This document shows positions 20,601-30,369 of a DNA stretch of 43,387 nucleotides, piece after piece. Source of the stretch: Leidyana gryllorum EB-2025a (lineage: Eukaryota > Protista > Apicomplexa). The DNA is taken from the NCBI GenBank assembly GCA_048772705.1, contig JBLWGC010000196.1, positions 1 through 43,387 on the forward strand, read 5' to 3'. Position 1 is the stretch's first letter. The number at the start of each line of letters is the position of its first letter. The notes beneath the pieces were generated by a model. The model saw only the letters and a program-made list of their open reading frames with translations. It was not told where the DNA came from and did not search any database. Position numbers and translations under genes: made by a program.

Positions 20601-20673
20601 GGGCGACTAGCTCAAATGGTAGAGCGCTCGCTTAGCATGCCAGAGGTACTGGGATCGATGCCCAGGTCGTCCA
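20601..20673 (+). tRNA. tRNA-Ala-AGC: tRNA-Ala(AGC)
   Basis: One stem change. Confidence 0.85.
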
Positions 20674-21146
20674 AAGTAGGTACGGCTGCACGTGGCCGCC
20701 TTCAGACCCATCGCTACCATCTTTGAAGAGTCGCGAACCACAAGTGCCATTGGGAGAGCACCGCACTCAATGTCTAGGGTGCATCTGAAGCCGGTTCTGT
20801 TAGGTTCCGGACCTCCGAGTTTGTCATCAAAAGCCACACGCTCTGCCACTGAGCTACAAGACCCCTTACAATGTTTCTGAGCTTAGTGGAGAGACCCTCC
20901 ACTTTCTACTGCAACCCTTTTGTTGTAGGTTGACCGGACCGACCACGTCTTGTTAAGAGGGTACGGTTCTCATCCGAAACCTCAATTGGGGAACTTGCCC
21001 ACTGTAGTCTAAGTGGCTAGGACAAGCGGCTCTCACTCGCACGATCCGGGTTCAAGTCCCGGCAGTGGAAGTCCTTGCACTACTCGAGCAAAGTGGTCCA
21101 GTAATCTCCGTCAATAGAGACTGTTTCGTGATCTTCGGCTTGCATT

Positions 21147-21218
21147 GCCTTCTTAGCTTAGGGGCAGAGCATTCGCTTAGTAAGCGAAAGGTCGCCGGTT
21201 CGATTCCGGCAGAAGGCT
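21147..21218 (+). tRNA. tRNA-Thr-AGT: tRNA-Thr(AGT)
   Basis: Intact. Confidence 0.92.
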
Positions 21219-21442
21219 TTGGTGACGAGCCGATCTATTCTAGACTGTTTCCCTTTTGTGCACACTTAGCAGTGAGTCGTTTCGATCAACTGACCTTTGG
21301 GTTGTGAGCCTAACACTCTTCCGCTGAGCTGCACTGCTTAGTCTGCAACATGGAAGAGGTAGCCGAAATGCAATTCTTGAGATGTTAATTGCCTTGAGTG
21401 TCGACGCGGTGGCTATCCCATCGGGTCAACCGACAACCCAGA

Positions 21443-21514
21443 GGGCTGTTCTGGGAATCGAACCCAGGACTCCTTCCACCCTAAGGAAGAATCATACCAC
21501 TAGACCAACCAGCC
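21443..21514 (-). tRNA. tRNA-Pro-AGG: tRNA-Pro(AGG)
   Basis: Near-intact. Confidence 0.82.
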
Positions 21515-22004
21515 GCCTGTCGGTCGTGCAACCCGCTGGGTACACTCGAGAGAGTGGTCATACTATGTGAAGTACCACTAAATGCGATGGGGTCTGCACA
21601 GCGGGGGACTAGCTCAAATGGTGAAGCGCTCGCTTAGCGTGCAACAGGTACTGGGATCAATGCCCAGGTCGTCCGAACTACATAGATGGAACCCTCGCCG
21701 GAGTAGTCTAGTTGGCCTATCATCGCTGTCTGCCAAAACCATTCGGTGTGACGGAACCGAACCGCCGACTATCTGATGCCAGCACTACAGTCAACTGAGC
21801 TTTCCCCGGCTGTCCAATTGCTCCGGGGTTCGAAAGGCTTAACCCCAGATCCTCGCCCTTTCGGACTCCAGTCTGAGCACCGCCTCTTGGGCAACTCGGC
21901 CATCTTGCCGGCATGTTTTTGGCTCGCCCGCTCCACGCGTTTTCTGTGCTTGACATCTCAAAATGGAAGGACTTTTGGGGTTGGAGGGCGGCGTGTTCAG
22001 AGCG

Positions 22005-22076
22005 TCCGAGATAGTATAGTGGTTAGTATTTCCGCCTGTCACGCGGAACACCCGGGTTCGATTCCCGGTCTCGGAG
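22005..22076 (+). tRNA. tRNA-Asp-GTC: tRNA-Asp(GTC)
   Basis: One variable-loop change. Confidence 0.9.
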
Positions 22077-22190
22077 CAGTTCCAGCCCCTCACAACTGCT
22101 GCAACTCAGATTTTGTCTCAGCTGGTCTGGACTTCATCCGGGATCATACGACCTTGGAGAGACGTGGCATTCAGTCAACAACTATCAGAC

Positions 22191-22262
22191 GGGCTGTTCT
22201 GGGAATCGAACCCAGGACTTCTTCCACCCGAAGGAAGAATCATACCACTAGACCAAACAGCC
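22191..22262 (-). tRNA. tRNA-Pro-CGG: tRNA-Pro(CGG)
   Basis: Intact. Confidence 0.93.
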
Positions 22263-22529
22263 GCCTAGCTGGTGGTTCAACCCGCTGGGTACAGTCGAGA
22301 GACTCGTCTCACTATGTGAAGTATTACTCAATGCCATGAGGTAGGCACAGAGGGAGGCTAGCCCAGATGATGATGAAACGGTGCTTAGTATATGAAAGGT
22401 TCTGGGATCGATTCTCAGCGCATCCGAACTACATAGATGGAACCCTCGCCGGAGTAGTCTAGTTGGCCTATCAACGCTGTCTGCCAAAACCATCAGGTTG
22501 AGTAGTACTTTGCCAATCACCACGCTACT

Positions 22530-22609
22530 TCCGGTGGGACGGAATCGAACCGCCGACTATCTGATGCCAGCACTACAGTCAGATGCTCTACCAACTGAGC
22601 TACCCCCGG
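22530..22609 (-). tRNA. tRNA-Tyr-GTA: tRNA-Tyr(GTA) with 7-nt intron
   Basis: Identical to the 19549 copy. Confidence 0.9.
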
Positions 22610-22927
22610 CCGTCCAACTGCTCCGGGGTTCGAACGGCTCAACCCCAGATCCTCGCCCTTTCGGACTGCGGTCTGAGCACAGCGCCTTAGACAACTCGGC
22701 CATCTTGCCACAGTGTTGTTGGTTCATCGCTCCACCGGTTTTTTGTCCGTGAGCCAAAATAGAAAGACTTTTGGGGTTGAAGGCCGGGGTCTCCACGAGC
22801 GTCCGAGATAGTATAGTGCTTAGTATTTCCGCCTGTCACTCGGAAGACCCGCGTACGAATCCCGGTCTCGGAGACACTTAGTTTTTCCGCTTTAGATTTC
22901 GTGGTGCTCACCTGCAAAAATGCGAGT

Positions 22928-23000
22928 TACAGCCACCGAGGATCGAACTCGGGACCTTCTGCGTGTTAAGCAGACGTCGTGACCACTAGACCATGGCTGC
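22928..23000 (-). tRNA. tRNA-Val-AAC: tRNA-Val(AAC)
   Basis: Near-intact. Confidence 0.9.
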
Positions 23001-23063
23001 AGTGAAGGTCCCGCAGACCAAGAGAAGTGGCGAGGTTTCACGAAAGAGTGAGGACTAGTTCTG

Positions 23064-23135
23064 AGGTCGCGCCGGGAATCGATCCTAAGTCGGGAGATTT
23101 GGAGTCTCCAGTGCTAACCACTACACCACGTAACC
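23064..23135 (-). pseudogene. Gln body (CTA subfamily) now reading CCA
   Basis: GGAGA-CT-CCA-AA-TCTCC; shares A5 and A51 with the CTA copies. Confidence 0.75.
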
Positions 23136-23418
23136 GATTCCGTCCTTCCTAAAAGGAATTGGTAGAGCCATCCGGACTAGCGCTCCCTCAACTGGACACA
23201 TGCGACACGCGTCTCTCTACTGGCCTTTGAAATATTGTAACTGGCTCTTGTATCTTAGTCGGCAGAGTGTGTGATGGTGAAATACAAACTCGGGAATCCG
23301 GGCTTTGAGGCAACCTTCACACATACTGCGGTGCCCAGGTCTGTCCAAGGGCTACAGGGCATGACTAAAAGCTCTCAACTCGGTAAGTAAATAGCGGCAG
23401 GTGCAGCCGTACGACGTT

Positions 23419-23491
23419 TGGACGACCTGGGCATCGATCCCAGTACCTCTCGCATGCTAAGCGAGCGCTCTACCATTTGAGCTAGTCGCCC
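23419..23491 (-). tRNA. tRNA-Ala-AGC: tRNA-Ala(AGC)
   Basis: Intact. Confidence 0.95.
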
Positions 23492-23727
23492 GTTGTGCAG
23501 ACCCCATCGCATTTGTTGGTTCTCAACATAGGATGACCACTTTTTAAACTGTCTTCAGCGGGTTGCACGAACGACAGGCGGCTGTTTGGTGTAGTGGTAT
23601 GATACTTCCGTCGGGTGGAAGAAGTCCTAGGTTCCATTCTTAGAACAGCCCGCTTTGTTGTATCTTTTCCCAACCTGCCTGGCAGCATGGTTCTGGGTTC
23701 AGGTGATTCCTCGGAGAAAGTCGGAGG

Positions 23728-23800
23728 GGGAGTGTAGCGCAGTCGGTAGCGCGTAGGTCTGATAATCCTGAAGTCGAGAGTTCGATCCTCTCCACTCCCA
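23728..23800 (+). tRNA. eMet body with GAT anticodon
   Basis: TAGGT-CT-GAT-AA-TCCTG, otherwise intact. Confidence 0.85.
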
Positions 23801-23981
23801 CGGTCAGAATCGAAACCGCCGACAAACTCATCATGCTATCATTCTGCATCTGTCAGGAATCGCACACGGGTTATCTCGATGGCAGCGAGCGACTCTTCCA
23901 CTAGACCACAGATGCAGAACACGATTTGGTGAATCTTGTACGTGGTGACAGCCATTCCTCATAAGCTTATCGATGCATCAA

Positions 23982-24053
23982 AGCCTTCTGCCGGAATCGA
24001 ACAGGCGACTTCTCGCTTACGAAGCGAACGCTCTGCCCCTAAGCTAAGAAGGC
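23982..24053 (-). tRNA. tRNA-Thr-CGT: tRNA-Thr(CGT)
   Basis: One T-stem change. Confidence 0.8.
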
Positions 24054-24185
24054 AACTTAGCTGGAGAATCATGTGGCAGTTGTATCGACAAAAGTTAGCC
24101 GGGTGCCACGTGCACGGCGGGCTGTCCCGCGCGCATCGTGGGGGCATGCTGGGATGAAGTCGCAGGTTGTCCTGACTACAACGCC

Positions 24186-24265
24186 TGACAAGAGTGGGAT
24201 TCGAACCCACGCCCTTTCGGACTGCGGCCTGAACACAGCGCCTTGGACCACTCGGCCATCTTGCC
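24186..24265 (-). tRNA. tRNA-Leu-CAG: tRNA-Leu(CAG)
   Basis: Intact, CTGTGTT-CAG-GCCGCAG. Confidence 0.93.
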
Positions 24266-24483
24266 GAAATGTTGTTGGCTCGCCGCCCCACGCGTTTTCT
24301 ATCCGTGGAATCTCAAAATGGAAGAACTTCTGGGGTTGGAGGCCGGCGTATCCACAGCGTCCGAGATAGTATAGCGGTTAGGATTTCCGCCTATCACGCG
24401 GAAGACCAGGGTCGATTCCAGGTCTCGGAGCACAGTTCGTTTTTCCGCTTCAGATTTCGTGGTGCTCAGATAAAGTTTCGAGC

Positions 24484-24556
24484 TACAGCCACCGAGGATC
24501 GAACTCGGGACCTTCTGCGTGTGAAGCAGACGTCGTAACCACTAGACCATGGCTGC
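24484..24556 (-). tRNA. tRNA-Val-CAC: tRNA-Val(CAC)
   Basis: Intact. Confidence 0.93.
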
Positions 24557-24676
24557 GCGGAGCTTTCGGACTGTGAAAGGGGCGTGTGTCTCTGGAAACA
24601 GGTATCTGATGAGGGGCGAAAACCACGGAATGCTATGAGGTCTGCACAGCGGGCGACTAGCTCAACAAGATATTAT

Positions 24677-24747
24677 GCATCTGTGGTCTAGTGGTAGAAT
24701 GTCTCGTTGCCATCGAGACGACCCGGGTTCGATTCCCGGCAGATGCA
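24677..24747 (+). tRNA. tRNA-Gly-GCC: tRNA-Gly(GCC)
   Basis: Intact. Confidence 0.95.
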
Positions 24748-24960
24748 GAAGACACAGTTGCTTTTCCCACCATTCCACGGATTCACGCTTGAGTTGGTGT
24801 CTGACCCCTCCGATCACATCGCACGACAACTGCTGGATCTGCACCAGCCCGGCCCAGGCCCTGTAGAGTCGAACTTAGTAACAGATTCCATCCGTATTCG
24901 TCGTAGAATGTTGGGGCTTCTTCGGGTCGAGGGCAACTCTGTATCACAGATCCACTGCCT

Positions 24961-25034
24961 TGGTCACGCCCGGGCTCGAACCGGGGACCTTGAGCTTATT
25001 AGGCTCACGCTCTAACCGACTGAGCTACGCGACC
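24961..25034 (-). tRNA. tRNA-Ile-AAT: tRNA-Ile(AAT)
   Basis: Intact, GGTTCGAGCCC T-arm. Confidence 0.95.
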
Positions 25035-25153
25035 GCCTCCGACGACAGATGGCACCGATTCACTTACTTGATGCCTCTGCGTCGCCACTGCAATCCTTAG
25101 CATGTACTGCTGGTGTTTTGAGCCCAGCCGCCTACTCCGATGATCGCAGCACA

Positions 25154-25235
25154 CGACAACTGCTGGATTTGAACCAGCGCGGGCCAGGCCCAGTAGATTT
25201 CTAGTCTACCCCCTTAACCACTCGGGCAAGTTGCC
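25154..25235 (-). tRNA. tRNA-Ser-AGA: tRNA-Ser(AGA)
   Basis: Consensus. Confidence 0.9.
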
Positions 25236-25694
25236 GCTGTCCAACTTGGCATTTTGCGGCCAGTGGCTTCACATACGATTCAGCGAGCTTTACTAGGACT
25301 GCTCGCGCCGCCCGAACCCGCGGTTCTCCCTTCAAAAGTCTTGCGCTCTACCGACGGAGTTGGGGCGGCAAGGAAGCTCGCCCCGTACCCGAGGAAGGCA
25401 CAGGATTCCACGATCAATACAAATGGAATTGGTTACTAAGTCCGAATTTGTATCAGAGATCCACTCACTTGGTCACGCCGACATACCAGCCTCACTTGAA
25501 GATTGTCCGGGTCGAGTGCTTACAACAGCAAGTTGTGGCCGTGCATACCCAGGCCCGAATCCTGGCTTGGATAGTATGTCCCCGATGTCTCGAATGGGAG
25601 ATGTAAGTGAAGTCTGTCCAAACCCACGATCGGGCGTAGCTGCCCATGTCCTCTCTTGATCGCTACACACTTCCATCTGACGGCTCCGTTAGTC

Positions 25695-25767
25695 GGCGCT
25701 ATGGCCTAATGGATATGGCATCGGTCTACGGAACCGGGGATTCTGGGTTCGAGTCCCAGTAGCGTCT
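25695..25767 (+). tRNA. tRNA-Arg-ACG: tRNA-Arg(ACG)
   Basis: Intact. Confidence 0.92.
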
Positions 25768-26317
25768 GGGCGAATGGTGCCGTGTAGCGTCAACAACTAT
25801 CAGACGGGCTGGGAATCGAACCCGCTAGACCAAATGGTTCAACCCGCTGGGTACAGTCGAGAGACTCGTATCACTATGTGAAGTATCACTCAATGCCATG
25901 AGGTAGGCATAGAGGGAGGCTAGCCCAGATGATGAAAAGGTAGCTTAGTATACGAAGGGTTCTGGGATCGATTCCAAGCCCATCCGAACTACATAGATGG
26001 AATTCTCGTCGGAGTAGTCTAGTTGGCCTATCAACGCTCATCAGGTTGAGTACTAGTTTGGCAATGACCCTCTACTTCCGGTGGGACGGAATCGAACCAC
26101 CGACTATCTGATGCCAGCACTACAGTCAGATGCAAGTCGATCACTCCCACGGTCGGAATCGGCACCGCCGACTAACTCATAATATTGCCACCTTCCGATC
26201 TGGAATTGGGCGCGCTACCGTTGCGCAATAGACCCAAAATTGTCCACCGACTTCCAGGCTCATTGGTATGTGGGCAGGGATGGTTTTTCAACATTCTCAA
26301 ACCTTCAGGTCATCTTC

Positions 26318-26389
26318 AGGGCACGCGCGGAGTTGAACCACGGACTTGCTGATCTGCAGTCAGCTGCTCTACTACTGAGTTACGTACCC
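26318..26389 (-). tRNA. tRNA-Cys-GCA: tRNA-Cys(GCA), D-arm damaged
   Basis: Cys body. Confidence 0.7.
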
Positions 26390-26485
26390 ACGAGGCGCCT
26401 CTTATACTCGCTCAACTTGCCCCTGTCTTCTCATTCGCAGCAAAACGGCCGTTATTGTTTACGAGCTCTAACAACAACATGTTAC

Positions 26486-26556
26486 GCATCTGTGGTCTAG
26501 TGGTAGAATGTCTCGTTGCCATCGAGACGACCCGGGTTCGATTCCCGGCAGATGCA
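26486..26556 (+). tRNA. tRNA-Gly-GCC: tRNA-Gly(GCC)
   Basis: Intact. Confidence 0.95.
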
Positions 26557-26620
26557 GAGGACATAGCACATGGTTGAGTTTTATGCGTGAGTTGGTTCTG
26601 GACTCTCCGATCACATCGCA

Positions 26621-26702
26621 CGACAACTGCTGGATTTGAACCAGCGCGGGCCAGGCCCAGTAGATTTCGAGTCTACCCCCTTAACCACTCGGGCAAGTTG
26701 CC
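26621..26702 (-). tRNA. tRNA-Ser-CGA: tRNA-Ser(CGA)
   Basis: Consensus. Confidence 0.92.
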
Positions 26703-27320
26703 AATCGTCGAACTCGGCATTCCGCAGACAGTGGCTTCACATACGGTTCAGCAAGCTTGACTCGGACCGCTCGCGCTGCCCGAACCCGCGGTCTCTCCAT
26801 TGAAAGTCTTGCGCGCTACCGACGGAGCTGGCGCGGCAAGGAAGCTCGCCCTGTACCTGGGGAGGCCCAAGATTCCACGATCAATACAAATGGAATTGGT
26901 TACTAAGTCCGAATCTGTATCAGAGATCCACTCACTTGATCACGTCGACATTCCATATCCATATTTTCCAAGACGGTACGGCTCTCGGCCGAAGCCCCAA
27001 CTCAACCACTCGTCCACTGTAGTCTAAGTGGCTAGGGTATGCGGCTTTCACCCTCACGATCCGGGTTCAAGTCTCGGCAGTGAAAATCCAGCTGAGTGTG
27101 CTTGTGGGCAACAGTTCCATTCTTACTTTTAGGGAGATAGATCCACACCGCCCGCGGGGCTCGAACCCGCGACTGCAAGATTAAGAGTCTTGCGCTCTAC
27201 CGACTGAGCTAGGCGGGAAGGAAGCTCTAAACTTAGTTACACCCTATTTGCCGTTGGGTGGACAGTGGAAGTCAATTCATGTCTTCGTGTGTATATCCCG
27301 TCGCATGCACCCAAATATTC

Positions 27321-27392
27321 GGCTGTTTGGTCTAGTGATATGATCGTTCCTTTGGGTGGAAGAAGTCCTGGGTTCGATTCCCAGAACAGCCC
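27321..27392 (+). pseudogene. tRNA-Pro(TGG), D-loop damaged
   Basis: TCCTT-TGG-GTGGA; D-loop GG changed to GA. Confidence 0.7.
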
Positions 27393-27574
27393 GTCTGGTA
27401 CTTGTGGACTCAAAACGTCAGTCTATCCAAGGTCGGATGAGATATGCTGCTCAGCTAAGACAACTTGAGTTATATATGCATGGAATCTTCGCCAGATTAA
27501 CTCCAGTTGGCCCATCAACGCTTTTTGCCAAAGTCCATCAGGTTGAGTAGTAGTTTGCACAGCACCTCGCTACT

Positions 27575-27654
27575 TCCGGTGGGACGGAATCGAACCGCCG
27601 ACTATCTGATGCCAGCACTACAGTCAGATGCTCTACCAACTGAGCTACCCCCGG
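27575..27654 (-). tRNA. tRNA-Tyr-GTA: tRNA-Tyr(GTA) with 7-nt intron
   Basis: Consensus Tyr copy. Confidence 0.9.
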
Positions 27655-28215
27655 CCGTCCAACTGCTCCGGGGTTCGAAAGGCTCAACCCCAGATCCTCG
27701 CCCTGTCGCACTGCGGTCTGAGCACAGCCCCTTAGACAAATCGGCCATCTTGCGGGATGTTGTTGGCTCGCCGCTCCACGCGTTTTCTGTGCTTGGAATC
27801 TCATAATGGAAGAACTTTTGGGGTTGGAGGCCGGCGTGTTCAGAGCATTTGAGATAGTATAGTGGTTAGTATTTCCGCCTGTCACTCGGAAGACCCGGGT
27901 TCGATTCCCGGTCTCAGAGCAGTTCCACCCCTCACAACTGGTGCAACTCAGATTTTGTCTCAGCTGGTCTGGACTTCATTCGGGATTGTACGAGTGGGAG
28001 CCGCGTATAGTTGCCGACCTTGGAGAGACGTGGCATTGAGTCAACAACTATCAGACGGGCTGTTCTGGGAACCGAACCCAGGACTTCTTCCACCCGAAGG
28101 AAGAATCATACCACTAGACCAAACAGCCGCCTGTCGGTCGTGCAAACCGCTGAGGACACTTGAGATAGTGGTCATACTATGTTCAGAACCAACAAATGCG
28201 GTGGGTGTGCACAAG

Positions 28216-28288
28216 TGGCGACGAGCTCAAATGGTAGAGCGCTCGCTTTGCATGCGAGAGGTACTGGGATTGATACCCAGGTCGTCCA
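28216..28288 (+). pseudogene. tRNA-Ala(TGC), damaged
   Basis: CTCGCTT-TGC-ATGCGAG; G1T, T8G, C56T. Confidence 0.72.
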
Positions 28289-28377
28289 AACTACATGCAA
28301 CCTTGGGTGCAGAGAAACGCCTGGGGAGTGGTTCAAAACTGTGAGTGTTCTTCTTTCGATCCAATCGAGAAGCTCTT

Positions 28378-28450
28378 GCCTACGTGGCGCGATGGAAAGC
28401 GCGTTGGACTTCAAATCCAAAGGTTGCGAGTTCGCGTCTCGCCGTAGGTA
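28378..28450 (+). pseudogene. Arg(TCT) body with TCA (opal-reading) anticodon
   Basis: TTGGA-CT-TCA-AA-TCCAA; stems pair but A14G and A58C. Confidence 0.8.
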
Positions 28451-28917
28451 GACAAATGATCAGCACTTTACTTCGATTATCTGGCTGACTCTAGCTGCCT
28501 TCGCTGTGGAATGTTGTCCACTGTAGTCTAAGTGGCTAGGATATGCGGCTTTCACGCGCACGATCCGGGTTCAAGTGCCGGGAGTGGAAGTTATTGGACT
28601 ACTCGAGCAAAGTGCCACTAATCTCCGTCAATAGCGATTTCTTCGTTATCTCCGGCTCACATTGCCTTCGTAGCTTAGGGGCAAAGCGTTCGCTTCGTAA
28701 GCGAGAAGTCGCCGGTTCGATTCCGGCAGAAGGCTTTGATGCATCGATGGGCTTATAAGGAATGGCTGTCATCACGTACAAGATTGAACAGGATGGTGTT
28801 CTGCATCTGTGGTCTAGTGGAAAACTCACTCGCTGGCATCGAGATAACCCGTTTGCGATTCTCGACAGATGCAAGATGATAGCATGATGAGTTTGTCGGC
28901 GGTTCCGATTCCGACCC

Positions 28918-28990
28918 TGGGAGTGGAGAGGATCGAACTCTCGACTTCAGGATTATGAGACCTACGCGCTACCGACTGCGCTACACTCCC
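28918..28990 (-). tRNA. tRNA-Met-CAT: Elongator tRNA-Met(CAT)
   Basis: Intact. Confidence 0.95.
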
Positions 28991-29113
28991 TAGTGAAACT
29001 TCTCTCGATGCATCTCCTCCTGTCAAAAGGGTGCACGGGGATGCTGTATCAAAGGCCCAAAACCATCCCCCGCTCCAGACTCATTACTTTGTGGTCAGCA
29101 ATGGAGGTGTCAC

Positions 29114-29184
29114 GCATCTGTGGTCTAGTGGTAGAATGTCTCGTTGCCATCGAGACGACCCGGGTTCGATTCCCGGCAGATGCA
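29114..29184 (+). tRNA. tRNA-Gly-GCC: tRNA-Gly(GCC)
   Basis: Intact. Confidence 0.95.
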
Positions 29185-29334
29185 GAGGACACATGGTTGT
29201 TTTTCCACCATTCCAGAAATTCCGTCCCGCCGGGAGTTGAGGAGTGCACTTCTTACAACGTAGTTCGTCTGACACTCCTGTTCCATTCCATCCTGATCGA
29301 TGCTTCGCCACCTCTACAGCCTCGCTCAAAGATT

Positions 29335-29406
29335 GTCCGAGTCGTCTAGTGGTTAGGACAGCACGTTGTGGCCGTGCAAACCCAGGCTCGATTCCTGGCT
29401 CGGACA
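29335..29406 (+). tRNA. tRNA-His-GTG: tRNA-His(GTG)
   Basis: GTCCGAG/CTCGGAC acceptor, GCACG-TT-GTG-GC-CGTGC; T-loop CTCGATT. Confidence 0.85.
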
Positions 29407-29481
29407 AGCAGTCTAAAGTGCATTGCTCTTCGCCCCGGTTGAAAATATTGTTGCAGCCATGGTCAAGCCTGTACGATCGGC

Positions 29482-29552
29482 TGCACCTGCCGGGACTCGA
29501 ACCCGGGCTGCGAGCATGGGAAGCTCGCATCCTACCCTTGGACCACAAGTGC
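29482..29552 (-). tRNA. tRNA-Gly-CCC: tRNA-Gly(CCC)
   Basis: CGAGC-TT-CCC-AT-GCTCG, intact. Confidence 0.92.
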
Positions 29553-29746
29553 ACTCGAGAAAGAGCTCCAGCACCCCGAGACTCGGCCGCAGTCTGCGTT
29601 GAGCTAGTGGGTGCCTCAAGTACTGGCAGGTTCCAGTCTGCGACTTTGTGGCTAAGAGACTTACCCTCTGGTGGCTGAACTACGAGGCTCGGCTAAGATG
29701 AAGCTTGAGAGACTTAAGCTTTGCAGGTGCCCAGTCGATGTAGTCA

Positions 29747-29818
29747 AGCCTTCTGCCGGAATCGAACCGGCGACTTCTCGATTACGAAGCGAACGCTCTG
29801 CCCCTAAGCTAAGAAGGC
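29747..29818 (-). tRNA. tRNA-Thr-CGT: tRNA-Thr(CGT)
   Basis: One stem change. Confidence 0.8.
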
Positions 29819-30044
29819 AATGCAAGCCGAAGATCACGAATCAGACACTATTGACGGATATTGCTGGGCACTTTGCTCAAGTATTCCACTGACTTCATCA
29901 ACCACTGACTTCCACTGCCGGACTTGAGCGCGGAGCTTGCGGGTGAGGCCGCATATCCTAGCCACTCAGACTACAGTGGGCAACATTCCACAGCGAAGGC
30001 AGCTAGTCAGCCAAATCGTCGAAGTAAAGTGCTGAGCATTTGGC

Positions 30045-30117
30045 TACCTACGGCGACACCCAAACTCGCAACCTTTGGATTAGAAGTCCAACGCGCTATC
30101 CATTGCGCCACGTAGGC
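30045..30117 (-). tRNA. tRNA-Arg-TCT: tRNA-Arg(TCT), T-loop damaged
   Basis: GCCTACGTGGCGCAATGGATAGCGCGTTGGA-CT-TCT-AA-TCCAA. Confidence 0.72.
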
Positions 30118-30206
30118 GGCGGCTTTTCGACTAGATTGAAATAACAACATTCACGTTTTTGGACCACGCGCCAGCCGTTTCTCTGCAGCCAAAGTTGCAT
30201 GGAGTT

Positions 30207-30279
30207 TGGACGACCTGGGCATCGATCCCAGTACCTCTCGCATGCTAAGCGAGCGCTCTACCATTTGAGCTAGTCGCCC
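30207..30279 (-). tRNA. tRNA-Ala-AGC: tRNA-Ala(AGC)
   Basis: Intact. Confidence 0.95.
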
Positions 30280-30369
30280 ATTGTGCACACCCCATCGCAG
30301 TTTTTTGTTCTCAACATCGTATGACCACTCTCTGGACTGTATTTAGCGGGTTTCACGCGACCGACAGGC

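Larger units (their letters stand above)
20113..20673. repeat. ~560-bp inverted repeat, arm A (partner 23419-23979)
   Basis: Near-identical reverse complement; ORF twins 20243/23640 and 20404/23482. Confidence 0.92.
26838..29880. repeat. ~3-kb direct segmental duplication, copy 1 (copy 2 ~39149-42150)
   Basis: ORF twins at offset 12306, then 12272 after a 34-nt deletion in the Asp gene of copy 2. Confidence 0.95.

Noticed and set aside
28378-28450. tRNA-Sec, because of the TCA anticodon
   Set aside because: It is 73 nt with a short variable loop and 7/5 stems, and is clearly homologous to Arg-TCT.
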